A stretch of DNA of 62,768 nucleotides, counting the filler, from Nemertoderma westbladi (Eukaryota > Animalia > Xenacoelomorpha): assembly GCA_032718475.1 (NCBI GenBank). It is 3 parts of 3 records of this genome, joined end to end, with 100 filler letters (N's around TTAATTAATTAA, not from the genome) between each part and the next. Parts side by side here need not be neighbours in the genome. Positions count along the whole stretch, not along the records: positions 1 to 25,855 come from JAUCBJ010000053.1; 2 more parts are not named here. One strand, 5' to 3'. Of the stretch, positions 11,435 to 24,659 are shown one piece after another. The translations under genes were made by a program, and so were the position numbers. The notes beneath the pieces are model-generated. The model did no database searches, was not told the origin of the DNA, and was given only the letters and a program-made list of their open reading frames with translations. The first letter of the stretch is position 1; each line of letters opens with the position of its first letter.

Positions 11435-12029
11435 TATAAATAATATCTTAGTGATTATAAATAATACCTTAGTGATTATAAATAATATCTTAGTGATTAT
11501 AAATAATATCTTAGTGATTATAAATAACATCTTAGTGATTTTAAATAATATCTTAGTGATTATAAATAATATCTTAGTCATTTTAAATAATATCTTAGTC
11601 ATTATAAATAATATCTTATTGGTTATAAATAATATCTTAGCGATTATAATTAATATCTTAGTGATTATAAATAATATCTTAGTGATTATAAATAATATCT
11701 TAGTGATTATAAATAATATCTTAGTGATTATAAATAATATCTTAGTGATTATAAATAATATCTTAGTGATTATAAATAATATCTTAGTGATTATAAATAA
11801 TATCTTAGTGATTATAAATAATATCTTAGTGATTATAAATAATATCTTAGTGATTATAAATAATATCTTAGTGATTATAAATAATATCTTAGTCATTATA
11901 AATAATATCTTAGTCATTATAAATAATATCTTAGTGATTATAAATAATATCTTAGTCATTATAAATAATATCTTAGTGATTATAAATAGTATCTTAGTGA
12001 TTATAAATAATATCTTAGAGATTATTAAT
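11435..12029. repeat. 21-bp tandem satellite, right part
   Basis: Same unit as 8712-9277, resuming in register after the LINE tail. Confidence 0.97.
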
Positions 12030-12275
12030 AGATTTAGTGGAAACTGAATATTTTGGAGATTTACCTAGTGAAAATGGTTATTTTTAGTCGATAAAGGCCA
12101 GTTAGTTAATGATTGACATTTAAAATTGGCATTACCAGTGTAGTAAATAGTTTGTACTTCAAAGCGAATTACAAGTTTGGGAATTTGATAAAATACCTAT
12201 AGAGCGAGAATAAACCCTTTTGAGAATAAAACGGACCGGGGACAGACCTTCTAAAAAGACGCCTAAAAATCAGAC

Positions 12276-12672
12276 ATATGCGGTACGCAGCAAACTTCGC
12301 CCGCGCGTCCAATCTTCGCCCGGAGCAATCTTCGCCCTCGAAATGAGCAACTATCGAACGGCGGAAACCTTCGCCCGAAGGCAATCTTCGCCCGCGAGCA
12401 CCCTTCGCCCACTAAACAATTATTGTTTTGGTTAGAAAAAGCCGTCTCTGTAACCTGCTCCTTTCCCCCAATTGGTAACAACATCGTTAATTGTTTTGGT
12501 TAGAAAAAGCTGTCTCTTTAACCTGCTCCGTTCCCTCAATTGGTAACTTTAATGGTGATTAACACAAATCTTATTGGGCGAAGGTTGCTCGCGGGCGAAG
12601 ATTGCCTTGCGGGCGAATGTTTCCCCCGGGAGAAGGTTGTACGCGGGCGAAGGTTGCACCCAACCACATATG
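12276..12672. mobile_element. MITE-like element with long imperfect TIRs built of CTTCGCCC / GGGCGAAG subrepeats
   Basis: 12276-12410 is the diverged reverse complement of ~12575-12672; centre holds two copies of the TTGTTTTGGTTAGA...TAACCTGCTCC module. Confidence 0.7.
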
Positions 12673-12679
12673 CCTCTAT

Positions 12680-14249
12680 TCCTCAGTTAAATTTGACTCG
12701 CGACTTCACACCTTCATATAAGCTTCAAATAACCTGAAATATCTTTCCCGAAAATGCAAGGCAATTTAGTTTTACCCAAAGAGTGTTACGTACCGCACAT
12801 TCAAATGCCTTTTGAAAATCTATAAATCCACAGTAAAGTTGATTTCCGTGAGATGAAGACAGTTTATCAACAAACAGATGGTCTTGAACAGATTATCCTG
12901 TAGCTGTAACCCGTAGAGACCTGTGAGACGTTTAACGCCTTAAAACCTTCTGCCCCCCACCAGGAGATTCTGAATGGTAAGTCTACCTTTATTCTTATAA
13001 ATTGGCGTTACCAGACCCGCCCCGCCACCTACCGCCCGCCCGCCCCGCTCTGTAGAAATTAGAAGAGAGCACATAGTATTAAACAAAAGGTATATTAGTG
13101 GAGTAAGGGCAACTTTACCTTCAATGAAGAACTCTTAGTAGCATATCCATTCATTGCGCCCTGTGTCTTTTGAGTCTGTCGATAGCGATGTTTGTTTCAT
13201 ACTCCGAGAAGGGGTGACACAGATTATTTTCATTAAATCTGTAGTTATTACCATCTATGATCTCCTCCCATATCCGAAAATTCTGGCATTCCAACAAATA
13301 GATTCCGAAAGTTTTCTTCGAAGTCAGCAAGAGATCATTTAGATTTTGATGAGTTAGTTTTGTTACTGACTGAATTTTTCTCATTCACCTCCATACTTAA
13401 CTGTTCCAAATTATTGGACTAGTCACGTCTGCAGTTTGCCCGTGCTCGTCGCAGTGTCTTACAATACATACTACGTGTGTAGGATAGAAAGATTTTAGAC
13501 CCCACTATCTGATCAGACTTCTACTTATGAGTGCATTCCTAAAAATGTGGTCCGATTACAAGACATTCATCATAGATACTCATCAACGTCTTCTTTAACG
13601 ATATCTTTGAGTCCGCAGTTATTATATTCCTTCTCGTAAATTGGCGAATATTTACCCAGTTTGAACACTTCCTTGGACATTAGAGAGGTGCCCCCGAGTG
13701 TGTGACCCTTGTGGTAGTCAGTAGAGAACCTGTTTTTAAACACTTAGGGAAGTCTAAGGTCATTCGAAACTCGGTACCGATGACGGCTATTCCTGCCTCC
13801 CAAATGAGGTTTCGATCCTTCTGACGTAGAAAGAAATTCGACACTTAATGGGAATGGATGGTCTGGATTAGGTTTACCGAGGCAGTAAGCACATTCAATT
13901 TCCAATTCATCTTGTGCGCTTTGCACCCTTAGACTCTCAACAACGTTATCTGGGTTTTATGCGATATTCCAACAGACCTTTGGATATTACGTTTTTTTCG
14001 TATTTAAAACCTTATTATTAATCGATCTACTCAGGAGCTTTTAAACCGCATTATTCTTCCTAATTTCCAGACCCAATGTATGTCAGCCATGTTTGGGATT
14101 CCTGCATTCATTTTTTGAAGCATACAGTTACTAAATATTTTTATCCAGTGTGCAAATAACTCTTACCTATACAATATATAGGCACGCTTTTTACTGCGCC
14201 TCCTCTTTACACTTAGTCCATGTTCGTCTCATAGATATGCATTAGTACA
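12680..14249 (-). pseudogene. Decayed, internally deleted LINE (ORF1-like fragment plus RT fragments)
   Basis: LYCGFIDFQKAF at ~12840-12805; FSEYETNIAIDRLKRHRA at ~13210; ORF1/RRM-like IECAYCLGKPNPDHPFPLSVEF...YRVSNDL at 13744-13926; 13400-14249 is the reverse complement of 23787-24643. Confidence 0.7.
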
Positions 14250-14560
14250 CGATCGTGGGGCGTCGCGCAGCACGCGAACTTTAGCAAGTTCGATTTGATC
14301 TGGAGTCAAAATTTCGAGAGATATTTGCCCGTAATATTTGGTGTTAAAATTTAATTGTTAATGTAAATGTCGATGTTGATATATGATTCTAGTTCTAGGA
14401 GTCTAATATTCTATCCTGTCAATATCGCAGCATAGTTTTTATTTTCTCCTAATTTCGTCATATTTGTGACGATTCTCCTCCACTGGAGAGTTTTTTTTTT
14501 GCTGCGTGTAGTTTTGCTGGTGTATTCATAGTGGGCCCTTTTCCTGATTTGGGGCAGAGT

Positions 14561-15245
14561 AAGCCCGATGCGCACATGAGCTTTCATCTTTCATCATTCA
14601 AGTAAATATGTTGCCTAGCAACTTAAAATTTTATCATTATAAACTTTATTTATTTGCAATTATTTTAAAATTTAATTTATTAAGATATATCGTATGTATA
14701 TCGGATATATCGTATGTTTATTTTCTTATAACTTTTTTGAAAATGGATGAAGATATCGCGGCTGGGTTGTTTCCCTACAGTATAGAATGGATGATAAAGA
14801 TAAGGTGTCGATTTTTTATTCATCCAAATAATCAGAAAATATGAATGAAATGAGTTATAGGTAAACTATACTATATGAGTTAAGAGAATATGATAATAAG
14901 TTCTTCAATTATATTTGTATAAGTGAAAACCATGTTGAGAATGTTCAATATTAAAAAATAGTTTTGAAAATTGGCAATTTATCATAATGGATACTTCGGT
15001 TTTGCAATATAATATATACAAACTATACTACTACAAACTTTATATAACCATACATATGGAAATCCATCACTTCTTTCACCTTTCAAAAAAATAGAACATA
15101 CCACACTGCAATTTGAAAGATGAAAGTTGATAGATGAAAGACCTTGTGTGAATGCCTCCATAGACGGCAGTGTTTTCTAAAATTATAAAAGTGAAAGATG
15201 ATAGATGGATGATTAAAGATGAAAGCTCATGTGTGCATCGGGCCT
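14561..15245. mobile_element. Non-autonomous TIR element (PIF/Harbinger-like termini)
   Basis: GCCCGATGCGCACATGAGCTTTCATCTTT at 14563 pairs with AAAGATGAAAGCTCATGTGTGCATCGGGC ending 15243; TSD not clean. Confidence 0.7.
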
Positions 15246-16136
15246 TGCAGCCAAAACTAGCCTTTATAAGTACCCTGAAATTTTGCATGTATATACTACT
15301 CACCAAGGCGCATCGTGTGGGATAGGTCACATATCTGGGAAAAATCTGGTTTCCATGGCAACGGACTTAGAAAAAAGTCGATGTATTTCGAGTCAATATT
15401 TATAAGTCTATTTGTAGCAAAATATATAAACTTCTTGGGGTTTCTCAACTCGACCATAAGGCCATAGTACAAATTTTAAAAATGATAATTTGAAGCATAA
15501 AGTTAAGGTGTTATAACTTGGGACCAACCCCTACCTCCTCTACTATATGACTTATTCTGCAAACGAAGTGTTTTGATATCTTTAGTTTTGATATAAAAAT
15601 CATTCATTTGGGCATAAACTATACAATAAAATGCTCTGAAACTTAGTTTGTTTTATATGGACCACAAGCTGGAACATTTTTTTAAAACTCAAACTTTCCA
15701 GAAATATCCGGTTACAATGGTAACAACGGTTATCTATATAATTGGACTTGAACTGGCGAATTGTCTATATCATTCAAGTCAATATTTAAAACTCTATTTA
15801 TATCAAAACCGCAATAGATATAAACTTGCCATTGCCCTTATTGCCATTGCCATTGGCCGAGCCCATTGAGGTTAATCATCTGATAATTGAAAAATGATAA
15901 TTTGAAGCGTTAAGGTTAAGGGATTATAACTTGGGACAAAGTCCTACCCCCACTATATTCCTTATTCTTCATCCGAATTACATTGTTAAATTTTTCAGTC
16001 TCCATGACAACCGCTACAAACAGACGTTTTGATCAAAAAATTTATTTTAATAAAAACTACGCTATAAAACATCCTGGAAGTCGTTGTGTCACTTGAACCA
16101 CAACTCAGACATAAATGTAAAACTCGAAACTTGTAG

Positions 16137-16408
16137 AAGTAAAGTAAAGTAAAGTAAATTTTCTTCGGCCGCTTGGCCAGGGATTACGCACAAAGTCTGA
16201 CGACTTATTTCCAGTGCGGTCCCCCCAGAACTTTACTCCCCAGAGGAAACTCTAGTACTCATTTAGCTACCACTTAAGGATGCAAGGCAGAGATGAGCCC
16301 TGGCTGGTCCCTTTAAAGCATTCGTGCCGAAACGAAAACTGCCCTGGCCCATGTGAGGATCGTACAGGAGATGTGAATTCAATGCAACCACTACACCAAG
16401 GTGGAACC
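16137..16408 (-). mobile_element. tRNA-derived SINE (B box partly deleted)
   Basis: Homologous to 31776-32049; A box TGGTGTAGTGG; (ACTTT)n tail on the minus strand. Confidence 0.85.
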
Positions 16409-16600
16409 TAGTTCTCTAGTAGAAATCTATAGTTGCCATGATAACGGGAGTTGAATTAAGGCATATGGATGGATATGCCTCTTAACTAGGCAAAGCAATG
16501 AACTGATGAGTGAAAGTTTGTCTAATTTTCCTTAGCTTCGTGGTTGCATTTCCTTTAGGAAATGCCTTTCTAGTAACAACTAAACTAAAAACTAAACTAA

Positions 16601-18454
16601 ACTAATAATGGGTGGGGCAGGGAATAATCTCGAATTTTTTCAGGATACCCACCCAGTATCGATCCAACAAGGAAGAAAACAAAACTTCCTTCCTGACTGC
16701 GATCCGCACCGTTGCAATACGTATGTGACATAATTAATTATTTGGACAACAGGCCACAACCCATGGTTTCCACCTCATGTCAGAAAACCGGACCCCTGCA
16801 ATTAATTATGCCACGACTGTCTTTGCAAATTCTATTGATTTGCTTACAGGATGTTCTGGCGCCAACGTCGATATGTCATGACCGGCTGTGTCAATGAGAT
16901 AATAATGTCCAATAGTGTCCGCCTGACTTTTCTATTTCGCGATTATGGATGATTATTTGTTGAAAACCATTGTGACCATGTGAACTCCGGATTCGGTTAT
17001 TCTAAGTTTATTTTTGTAATAGTTGTAATCCAATGTTGTGATATCACCAAAATTTAAGAATATTCGGCTTTGATTAGATCACCGCAATCCTACGCGCAAG
17101 TGAATATTACTATTATCATATACTATTAGTGAAATTCGCTTTTGACATTAATAAAGAACTATTTTATTCGATAAAAAAAAGTAAGCAGAAAACAATGTTT
17201 TTCACTCATTTTCAATTTAGCGAAATAATACTATTATGTCCGAATGGTTGAGTTTTACACGAGTTGGCAGGTTTTGCCAACGAGTGGAAAACTCAACACA
17301 CGAGGGCAGTATAACTTAATTTTGCTCAATTTTGAAATTATTAGTGAGAAAAAGAGCCTTTTTCAAATAAAACTACTTACTTACGTAAATTATGTTTTTA
17401 TTAAAAAATTTACAAAAATGTAAATTACGTCAAAATACGATTGATAAGAAGATTTGATTTGATTTAATTATTTCCTTTCACAAATCGGCCGCACATGAGA
17501 GAGGATCTCCTGGAAATATAGTCGCCATCATTAATTTATATTTATAAGGGTATTAAATAGTTAGTTACGATGCTATGCAGTTATATGTCAACAGTTCATT
17601 AGTTCAGAAATTAATTGAATATTTAATTTGCGTGTGAGTGATCTAATAAATAAAAATTTATTTGTAGTCATCATAAATTGTCATTACAGATCTGAATAGA
17701 TAGACCACAGTTTTAAGACAAATGAGTCTCTCATATTCCACACATTTTAATAATTATTGGAGTATAGCCTCCTCAATTATTGTTGGTAGGTAAGTGCAGT
17801 CTAGTCTACTTCCAGCTCCTCCTTTAGTTATCGGAATACCAGCATCATACTTCCACCCAGGTCACCAGTTCGATCCCACATGAACGTCAACTACGACTTT
17901 CTCCGTCTTCTCTTCATTATAATAATAAACTATCACATTTAAAACATTTAAACATTCGAATGCCCATATCTGATTATTCCCAAGGAAGTATATTATATTT
18001 TTAAATATTTTACTTCCTTGTCCCCCCCCCCCCCCGGCCCCCCTCTCAATACATGGGTAATAGCGGTGCAATTGGTAAAGCTTTGCCGAAAAAATCATTT
18101 CAACACTAAAATATAATTCTGACAGGGAGATTCATTTGAAAGCTTGACGAGAGAGTTGGTTTGTAATGAAACAATTATTTGTAAATTCATGTAGCTATTT
18201 GATGTTTCCTTTTGCTAGTAATTTAATTTCCGACCTTGACAAGGCATTGTTCTGTAGAAGGGGCCCCACCCTAATTTACTCTGTAATATTAAGATTAGTA
18301 ACTCTCCTTTCCTCTTCCTCTTCTTAGTTTGCTGATATCTCTTTTTTTTTGGACTGATGATTGTGTTAAGTTTTGTTTTCTTCCTTGTTGGATCGATACT
18401 GAGTGGGTATCCTGAAAATATTGGAGATTATTATCTGCCCCACCCATTATTACT
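16601..18454. mobile_element. Non-autonomous DNA transposon with ~85-bp TIRs, Kolobok-like
   Basis: A(C/G)TAATAATGGGTGGGGCAG...CAAGGAAGAAAACAAAACTT at 16601-16687 inverted at 18368-18454; flanks CTAA / TTAA. Confidence 0.65.
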
Positions 18455-19185
18455 TTAAGAATATCTTTCGTTTTCTTCTTGCAATTAAGTTATGCTAACA
18501 TGTAGGACCATCGCCAGGATAATAACAAAACAAAACCCAATTATTTATTTAAACATTTTACTATTGATTTGTGTCAGACATGGCTACCAGTGTAGGAGGC
18601 ACCAGGTGTACTACCCGGCATCAGATAATACCGTAGTACTAAGTGCCTAGGAACCAGATACTACGTACTATAGGAAGGACCAAATGGGATGAAGGTTCGA
18701 ATATAATTTAAAATGTTAAATTATCAATTGAGGGAATGGAGCAGGCTACAGTGGCACACTATTCTAACCAAAACAATAAACGAGAGTCAAAAACACAGGT
18801 TACAGTTAAATTTTTGAGGGGAAGAAGAAGATAAAATAATTAGGAAATACAACTAGACTTTTACCGCTAGTTAGTACCAGTTGCCTAGGCGGTTAATAAT
18901 ACCACTACGGTAGAACCTGATACACTCTTAAAAAAATCTTGTTGATTTTTTGTTGAGATGGAATTTGTCAACTGGTGCTTTGAAATTATTTTGTCAATAT
19001 ATTTAGGATATTTTGCAGTATTACTTAGTTTTATCTTATCAAATAGTTTTAAACAACTATCTTGTGAATACGGCTATCTATTTATATAAATCAACTTTGT
19101 TAATTTAAATAGATACTTTGTCAACTAATATCCCCACTCTATTAACAATTAACAAAGGCTAATGTTCTATTAATTATTATATGGC

Positions 19186-22100
19186 GCAAGCACTACGGAT
19201 TGCGACTACATATTTTTCATCTCATTAGCAAGCACTACGTATTAGGACTACATATTTTTCATCTTATTAGCAAGCACTACGTATTGGGACTACATATTTT
19301 TCATCTCATTAGCAAGCACTACGTATTGGGACTACATATTTTTCATCTCATTAGCAAGCACAGGGACTACATATTTTTCATCTCATTAGCAAGCACTACG
19401 TATTGGGACTACATATTTTTCATCTCATTAGCAAGCACAGGGACTACATATTTTTCATCTCATTAGCAAGCACTACGGATTGCGACAACATATTTTTCAT
19501 CTCATTAGCAAGCACTACGTATTGGGACTACATATTTTTCATCTCATTAGCAAGCACTACGTATTGGGACTACATATTTTTCATCTCATTAGCAAGCACA
19601 GGGACTACATATTTTTCATCTCATTAGCAAGCACTACGTATTGGGACTACATATTTTTCATCTCATTAGCAAGCACTACGTATTGGGACTACATATTTTT
19701 CATCTCATTAGCAAGCACAGGGGCTACATATTTTTCATCTCATTAGCAAGCACTACGTATTGGGACTACATATTTTTCATCTCATTAGCAAGCACAGGGA
19801 CTACATATTTTTCATCTCATTAGCAAGCACTACGTATTGGGACTACATATTTTTCATCTCATTAGCAAGCACTACGTATTGGGACTACATATTTTTCATC
19901 TCATTAGCAAGCACAGGGACTACATATTTTTCATCTCATTAGCAAGCACTACGTATTGGGACTACATATTTTTCATCTCATTAGCAAGCACTACGTATTG
20001 GGAGTACATATTTTTCATCTCATTAGCAAGCACTACGTATTGGGACTACATATTTTTCATCTCATTAGCAAGCACAGGGACTACATATTTTTCATCTCAT
20101 TAGCAAGCACTACGTATTGGGACTACATATTTTTCATCTCATTAGCAAGCACTACGTATTGGGACTACATATTTTTCATCTCATTAGCAAGCACTACGTA
20201 TTGGGACTACATATTTTTCATCTCATTAGCAAGCACTACGTATTGGGACTACATATTTTTCATCTCATTAGCAAGCACAGGGACTAGATATTTTTCATCT
20301 CATTAGCAAGCACTACGTATTGGGACTACATATTTTTCATCTCATTAGCAAGCACTACGTATTGGGACTACATATTTTTCATCTCATTAGCAAGCACTAC
20401 GTATTAGGGCTACATATTTTTCATCTCATTAGCAAGCACAGGGACTACATATTTTTCATCTCATTAGCAAGCACAGGGACTACATATTTTTCATCTCATT
20501 AGCAAGCACTACGTATTGGGACTACATATTTTTCATCTCATTAGCAAGCACTACGTATTGGGACTACATATTTTTCATCTCATTAGCAAGCACTACGTAT
20601 TAGGGCTACATATTTTTCATCTCATTAGCAAGCACAGGGACTACATATTTTTCATCTCATTAGCAAGCACTACGTATTGGGACTACATATTTTTCATCTC
20701 ATTAGCAAGCACTACGTATTGGGACTACATATTTTTCATCTCATTAGCAAGCACTACGTATTGGAACTACATATTTTTCATCTCATTAGCAAGCACAGGG
20801 ACTACATATTTTTCATCTCATTAGCAAGCACTACGTATTGGGACTACATATTTTTCATCTCATTAGCAAGCACTACGTATTGGGACTACATATTTTTCAT
20901 CTCATTAGCAAGCACAGGGACTACATATTTTTCATCTCATTAGCAAGCACTACGTATTGTGACTACATATTTTTCATCTCATTAGCAAGCACTACGTATT
21001 GGGACTACATATTTTTCATCTCATTAGCAAGCACAGGGACTACATATTTTTCATCTCATTAGCAAGCACTACGTATTGGGACTACATATTTTTCATCTCA
21101 TTAGCAAGCACTACGTATTGGGACTACATATTTTTCATCTCATTAGCAAGCACAGGGACTACATAGTTTTCATCTCATTAGGAAGCACTACGTATTGGGA
21201 CTACATATTTTTCATCTCATTAGCAAGCACAGGGACTACATAGTTTTCATCTCATTAGGAAGCACTACTTATTGGGACTACATATTTTTCATCTCATTAG
21301 CAAGCACTACGTATTGGGACTACATATTTTTCATCTCATTAGCAAGCACTACGTATTAGGACTACATATTTTTCATCTCATTAGCAAGCACAGGGACTAC
21401 ATATTTTTCATCTCATTAGCAAGCACTACGTATTGGGACTACATATTTTTCATCTCATTAGCAAGCACAGGGACTACATATTTTTCATCTCATTAGCAAG
21501 CACTACGTATTGGGACTACATATTTTTCATCTCCTTAGCAAGCACAGGGACTACATAGTTTTCATCTCATTAGGAAGCACTACTTATTGGGACTACATAT
21601 TTTTCATCTCATTAGCAAGCACTACGTATTGGGACTACATATTTTTCATCTCATTAGCAAGCACTACGTATTAGGACTACATATTTTTCATCTCATTAGC
21701 AAGCACAGGGACTACATATTTTTCATCTCATTAGCAAGCACTACGTATTGGGACTACATATTTTTCATCTCATTAGCAAGCACAGGGACTACATATTTTT
21801 CATCTCATTAGCAAGCACTACGTATTGGGACTACATATTTTTCATCTCATTAGCAAGCACTACGTATTGGGACTACATATTTTTCATCTCATTAGCAAGC
21901 ACAGGGACTACATAGTTTTCATCTCATTAGGAAGCACTACGTATTGGGACTACATATTTTTCATCTCATTAGCAAGCACAGGGACTACATAGTTTTCATC
22001 TCATTAGGAAGCACTACGTATTGGGACTACATATTTTTCATCTCATTAGCAAGCACTACGTATTGGGACTACATATTTTTCATCTCATTAGCAAGCACTA

Positions 22101-22635
22101 CGTATTAGGACTACATATTTTTCATCTCATTAGCAAGCACAGGGACTACATATTTTTCATCTCATTAGCAAGCACTACGTATTGGGACTACATATTTTTC
22201 ATCTCATTAGCAAGCACAGGGACTACATATTTTTCATCTCATTAGCAAGGACTACGTATTAGGACTACATATTTTTCATCTCATTAGCAAGCACTACGTA
22301 TTGGGACTACATATTTTTCATCTCATTAGCAAGCACAGGGACTACATATTTTTCATCTCATTAGCAAGCACTACGTATTAGGACTACATATTTTTCATCT
22401 CATTAGCAAGCACAGGGGCTACATATTTTTCATCTCATTAGCAAGCACAGGGACTACATATTTTTCATCTCATTAGCAAGCACTACGTATTGGGACTACA
22501 TATTTTTCATCTCATTAGCAAGCACTACGTATTAGGACTACATATTTTTCATCTCATTAGCAAGCACAGGGACTACATATTTTTCATCTCATTAGCAAGC
22601 ACTACGTATTGAGACTACATATTTTTCATCTCATT
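19186..22635. repeat. Satellite of interspersed 42-bp and 35-bp monomers
   Basis: A = GCAAGCACTACGTATTGGGACTACATATTTTTCATCTCATTA; B = GCAAGCACAGGGACTACATATTTTTCATCTCATTA; no unique spacers. Confidence 0.97.
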
Positions 22636-22950
22636 GACTTCAAATCCAAATATTTTGATTTGTTTATTAAAAACTATTTTCACCAACAGAACTTTTTTAT
22701 CACTAATGTTAATTTATTTATTATCTAATTTAATATTAACTACCTGATATCGGTATGCCTTAATGTGCCTTGGTTTAGTTTTTGGTTAGGGTTAGATTTT
22801 TGCTATGGTTACTGCTACTTTTTCCACTACCAACGAAAGGCAATTCAACAGATTAATTTTATAGCGGGATTTTCGATTTTTCTATCCAAAACATTAAAAG
22901 TAGTGGTAATAGAAGAGAAGAGAAGATAACGTTCGAGTACTATTACTAGG

Positions 22951-23470
22951 ATCGGCATGCTGCATTGCAGCTGCATTTTTAAGAATGCTGTGCCGGCTTG
23001 TCAACAAAATTGCACAGCCACAACTCCCTATCACCCATGACATTTGCTAGATCATCCGCATCTTCAAGGCCAGTGTCCTTTAAGATGCGTCTCAAGAAAG
23101 TCATGGGCTGTCCACCATGCTTATTCACTCCATGAGGCTGCCAAAGTACAAGATTATGCACTGGCTGGTCCTCACGGCGAAAGCAATGTCCTGCAAAGCG
23201 GAGGCGATTTTGTTCTAGTGTCAAGCTTGGGGGAACCAATGCGACACCTCCAATGTTATATAGTGTCTGGTTGGAGATGTGTGCATTGTACTTGACACAA
23301 TGAACCCGGCGTAGCATTCTTGTGAATGTGCGTGTCCTCAGCAGTTAGAGCCCAGCATGGACTCCCGTAGAGGAGTAGTGGAACTACTGCTGCTCTAAAT
23401 AATCGAACCGTAAGTTTCCGATTAAATCTCGGTGACTTCCAAATCCTGGAAAGCCTATTCAAGGCTGCTT
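22951..23470 (-). pseudogene. RTE-like LINE 3' fragment (second family)
   Basis: RLSRIWKS...RLFRAAVVPLLLYGSPCWALT and RLRFAGHCFRREDQPVHNLVLWQPHG; related copy at 27837-28249. Confidence 0.85.
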
Positions 23471-23786
23471 TCGAGTATCACAAGTTATAAAACAAAGATG
23501 TTTGTTTTTACTGATACCAATCCGCACCATCCGCAATTTTTCATGAGGGGAAAAGCGCTTTGAATATAAATGTTTGGTTGTTTACAGTTTTCAACTGTCC
23601 AAGTTTATAGTATTTTTTAGTTTAGTTGCAAAAATACTATATTTAACATCGGGCACTTTCACTAAGTATATTACATTTAAACTGATCAATAGGACCCCAA
23701 ATACTATCAAATAAATATTTATTACAGAATAACTAACTAAGGAAATGCAATGCAATGTAAGTATCTGAAAGCTAAAATGGAATACC

Positions 23787-24643
23787 TGTACTACTGCATA
23801 TCTATGAGATCAACATGGACTAAGTGTAAAGAGGAGGCGCAGTAAAGAGCGTGCCTATCTACATTGTATAGGTATGAGTTATTTGCACACTGGATAAAAA
23901 TATTTAGTAACTGTATGCTTCAAAAAATGAATGCAGGAATCCCTAACATGGGTGACATACATTGGGTCTGGAAATTAGGAAGAATAATGCGGTTTACAAG
24001 CTTCTGAGTAGATCGATTAATAATAAGGTTTTAAATACGAAAAAAACGTAATATCCAAAGGTCTGTTGGAATATCGCAAAAAACCCAGATAACGTTGTTG
24101 AGAGTCTTAGGGTGCAAAGCGCACAAGATGAATTGGAAATCGAATGTGCTTACTGCCTCGGTAAACCTAATCCAGACCATCCATTCCCATTAAGTGTCGA
24201 ATTTCTTTCTACGTCTGAAGGATCGAAACCTTATCTGGGAGGCAGGAAAAGCCGTCATCGGTACCGAGTTTCGAATGACCTTAGACTTCCCTAAGGAAAT
24301 CTGTGTTTAAAAACAGGTTCTCTACTGACTACCACAAGGATAACACACTCGGGGGTACCTCTCTAATGTCCAAGGAAGTGTTCAAACTGGGTAAATATTC
24401 GCCAATTTACGAGAAGGGATATAACTGCGGACTCAAGATATCGTTAAAGAAGACGTTGATGAGTTTCTATGATGAATGTCTTGTAATGTGTACCCAATTT
24501 TTAGGAATGCACTCATAAGTAGAAGTTTGATCAGATAGTGGGGTCTAAAATCTTTCTATCCGACACACGTAGTATGTATTGTAAGACGCTGCGACGAGCA
24601 CGGGCAAACTGCAGATGCGACCAGTCACGAAATTTGGAACAGT
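23787..24643 (+). repeat. Dispersed repeat: decayed LINE ORF1-like segment
   Basis: High-identity inverted copy of 13400-14249; the two 60-aa ORFs in the track differ at two residues. Confidence 0.85.
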
Positions 24644-24659
24644 AAAATTCTAATAGTAA

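Noticed and set aside
8718-12047. (IINNILV)n / (ITKILFI)n proteins and a 796-aa repeat-RT fusion
   Set aside because: A 21-bp unit gives stop-free frames by arithmetic; the fusion starts at GTG inside the satellite and the junction carries a TSD, so it is an insertion by-product.
19186-22635. CRISPR array or repeat-protein gene (LHIFHLISKHYVLG / DYIFFISLASTTYW ORFs)
   Set aside because: Only two invariant monomer types, no unique spacers, no cas genes, eukaryotic context; ORFs start at TTG and arise from repeat periodicity.
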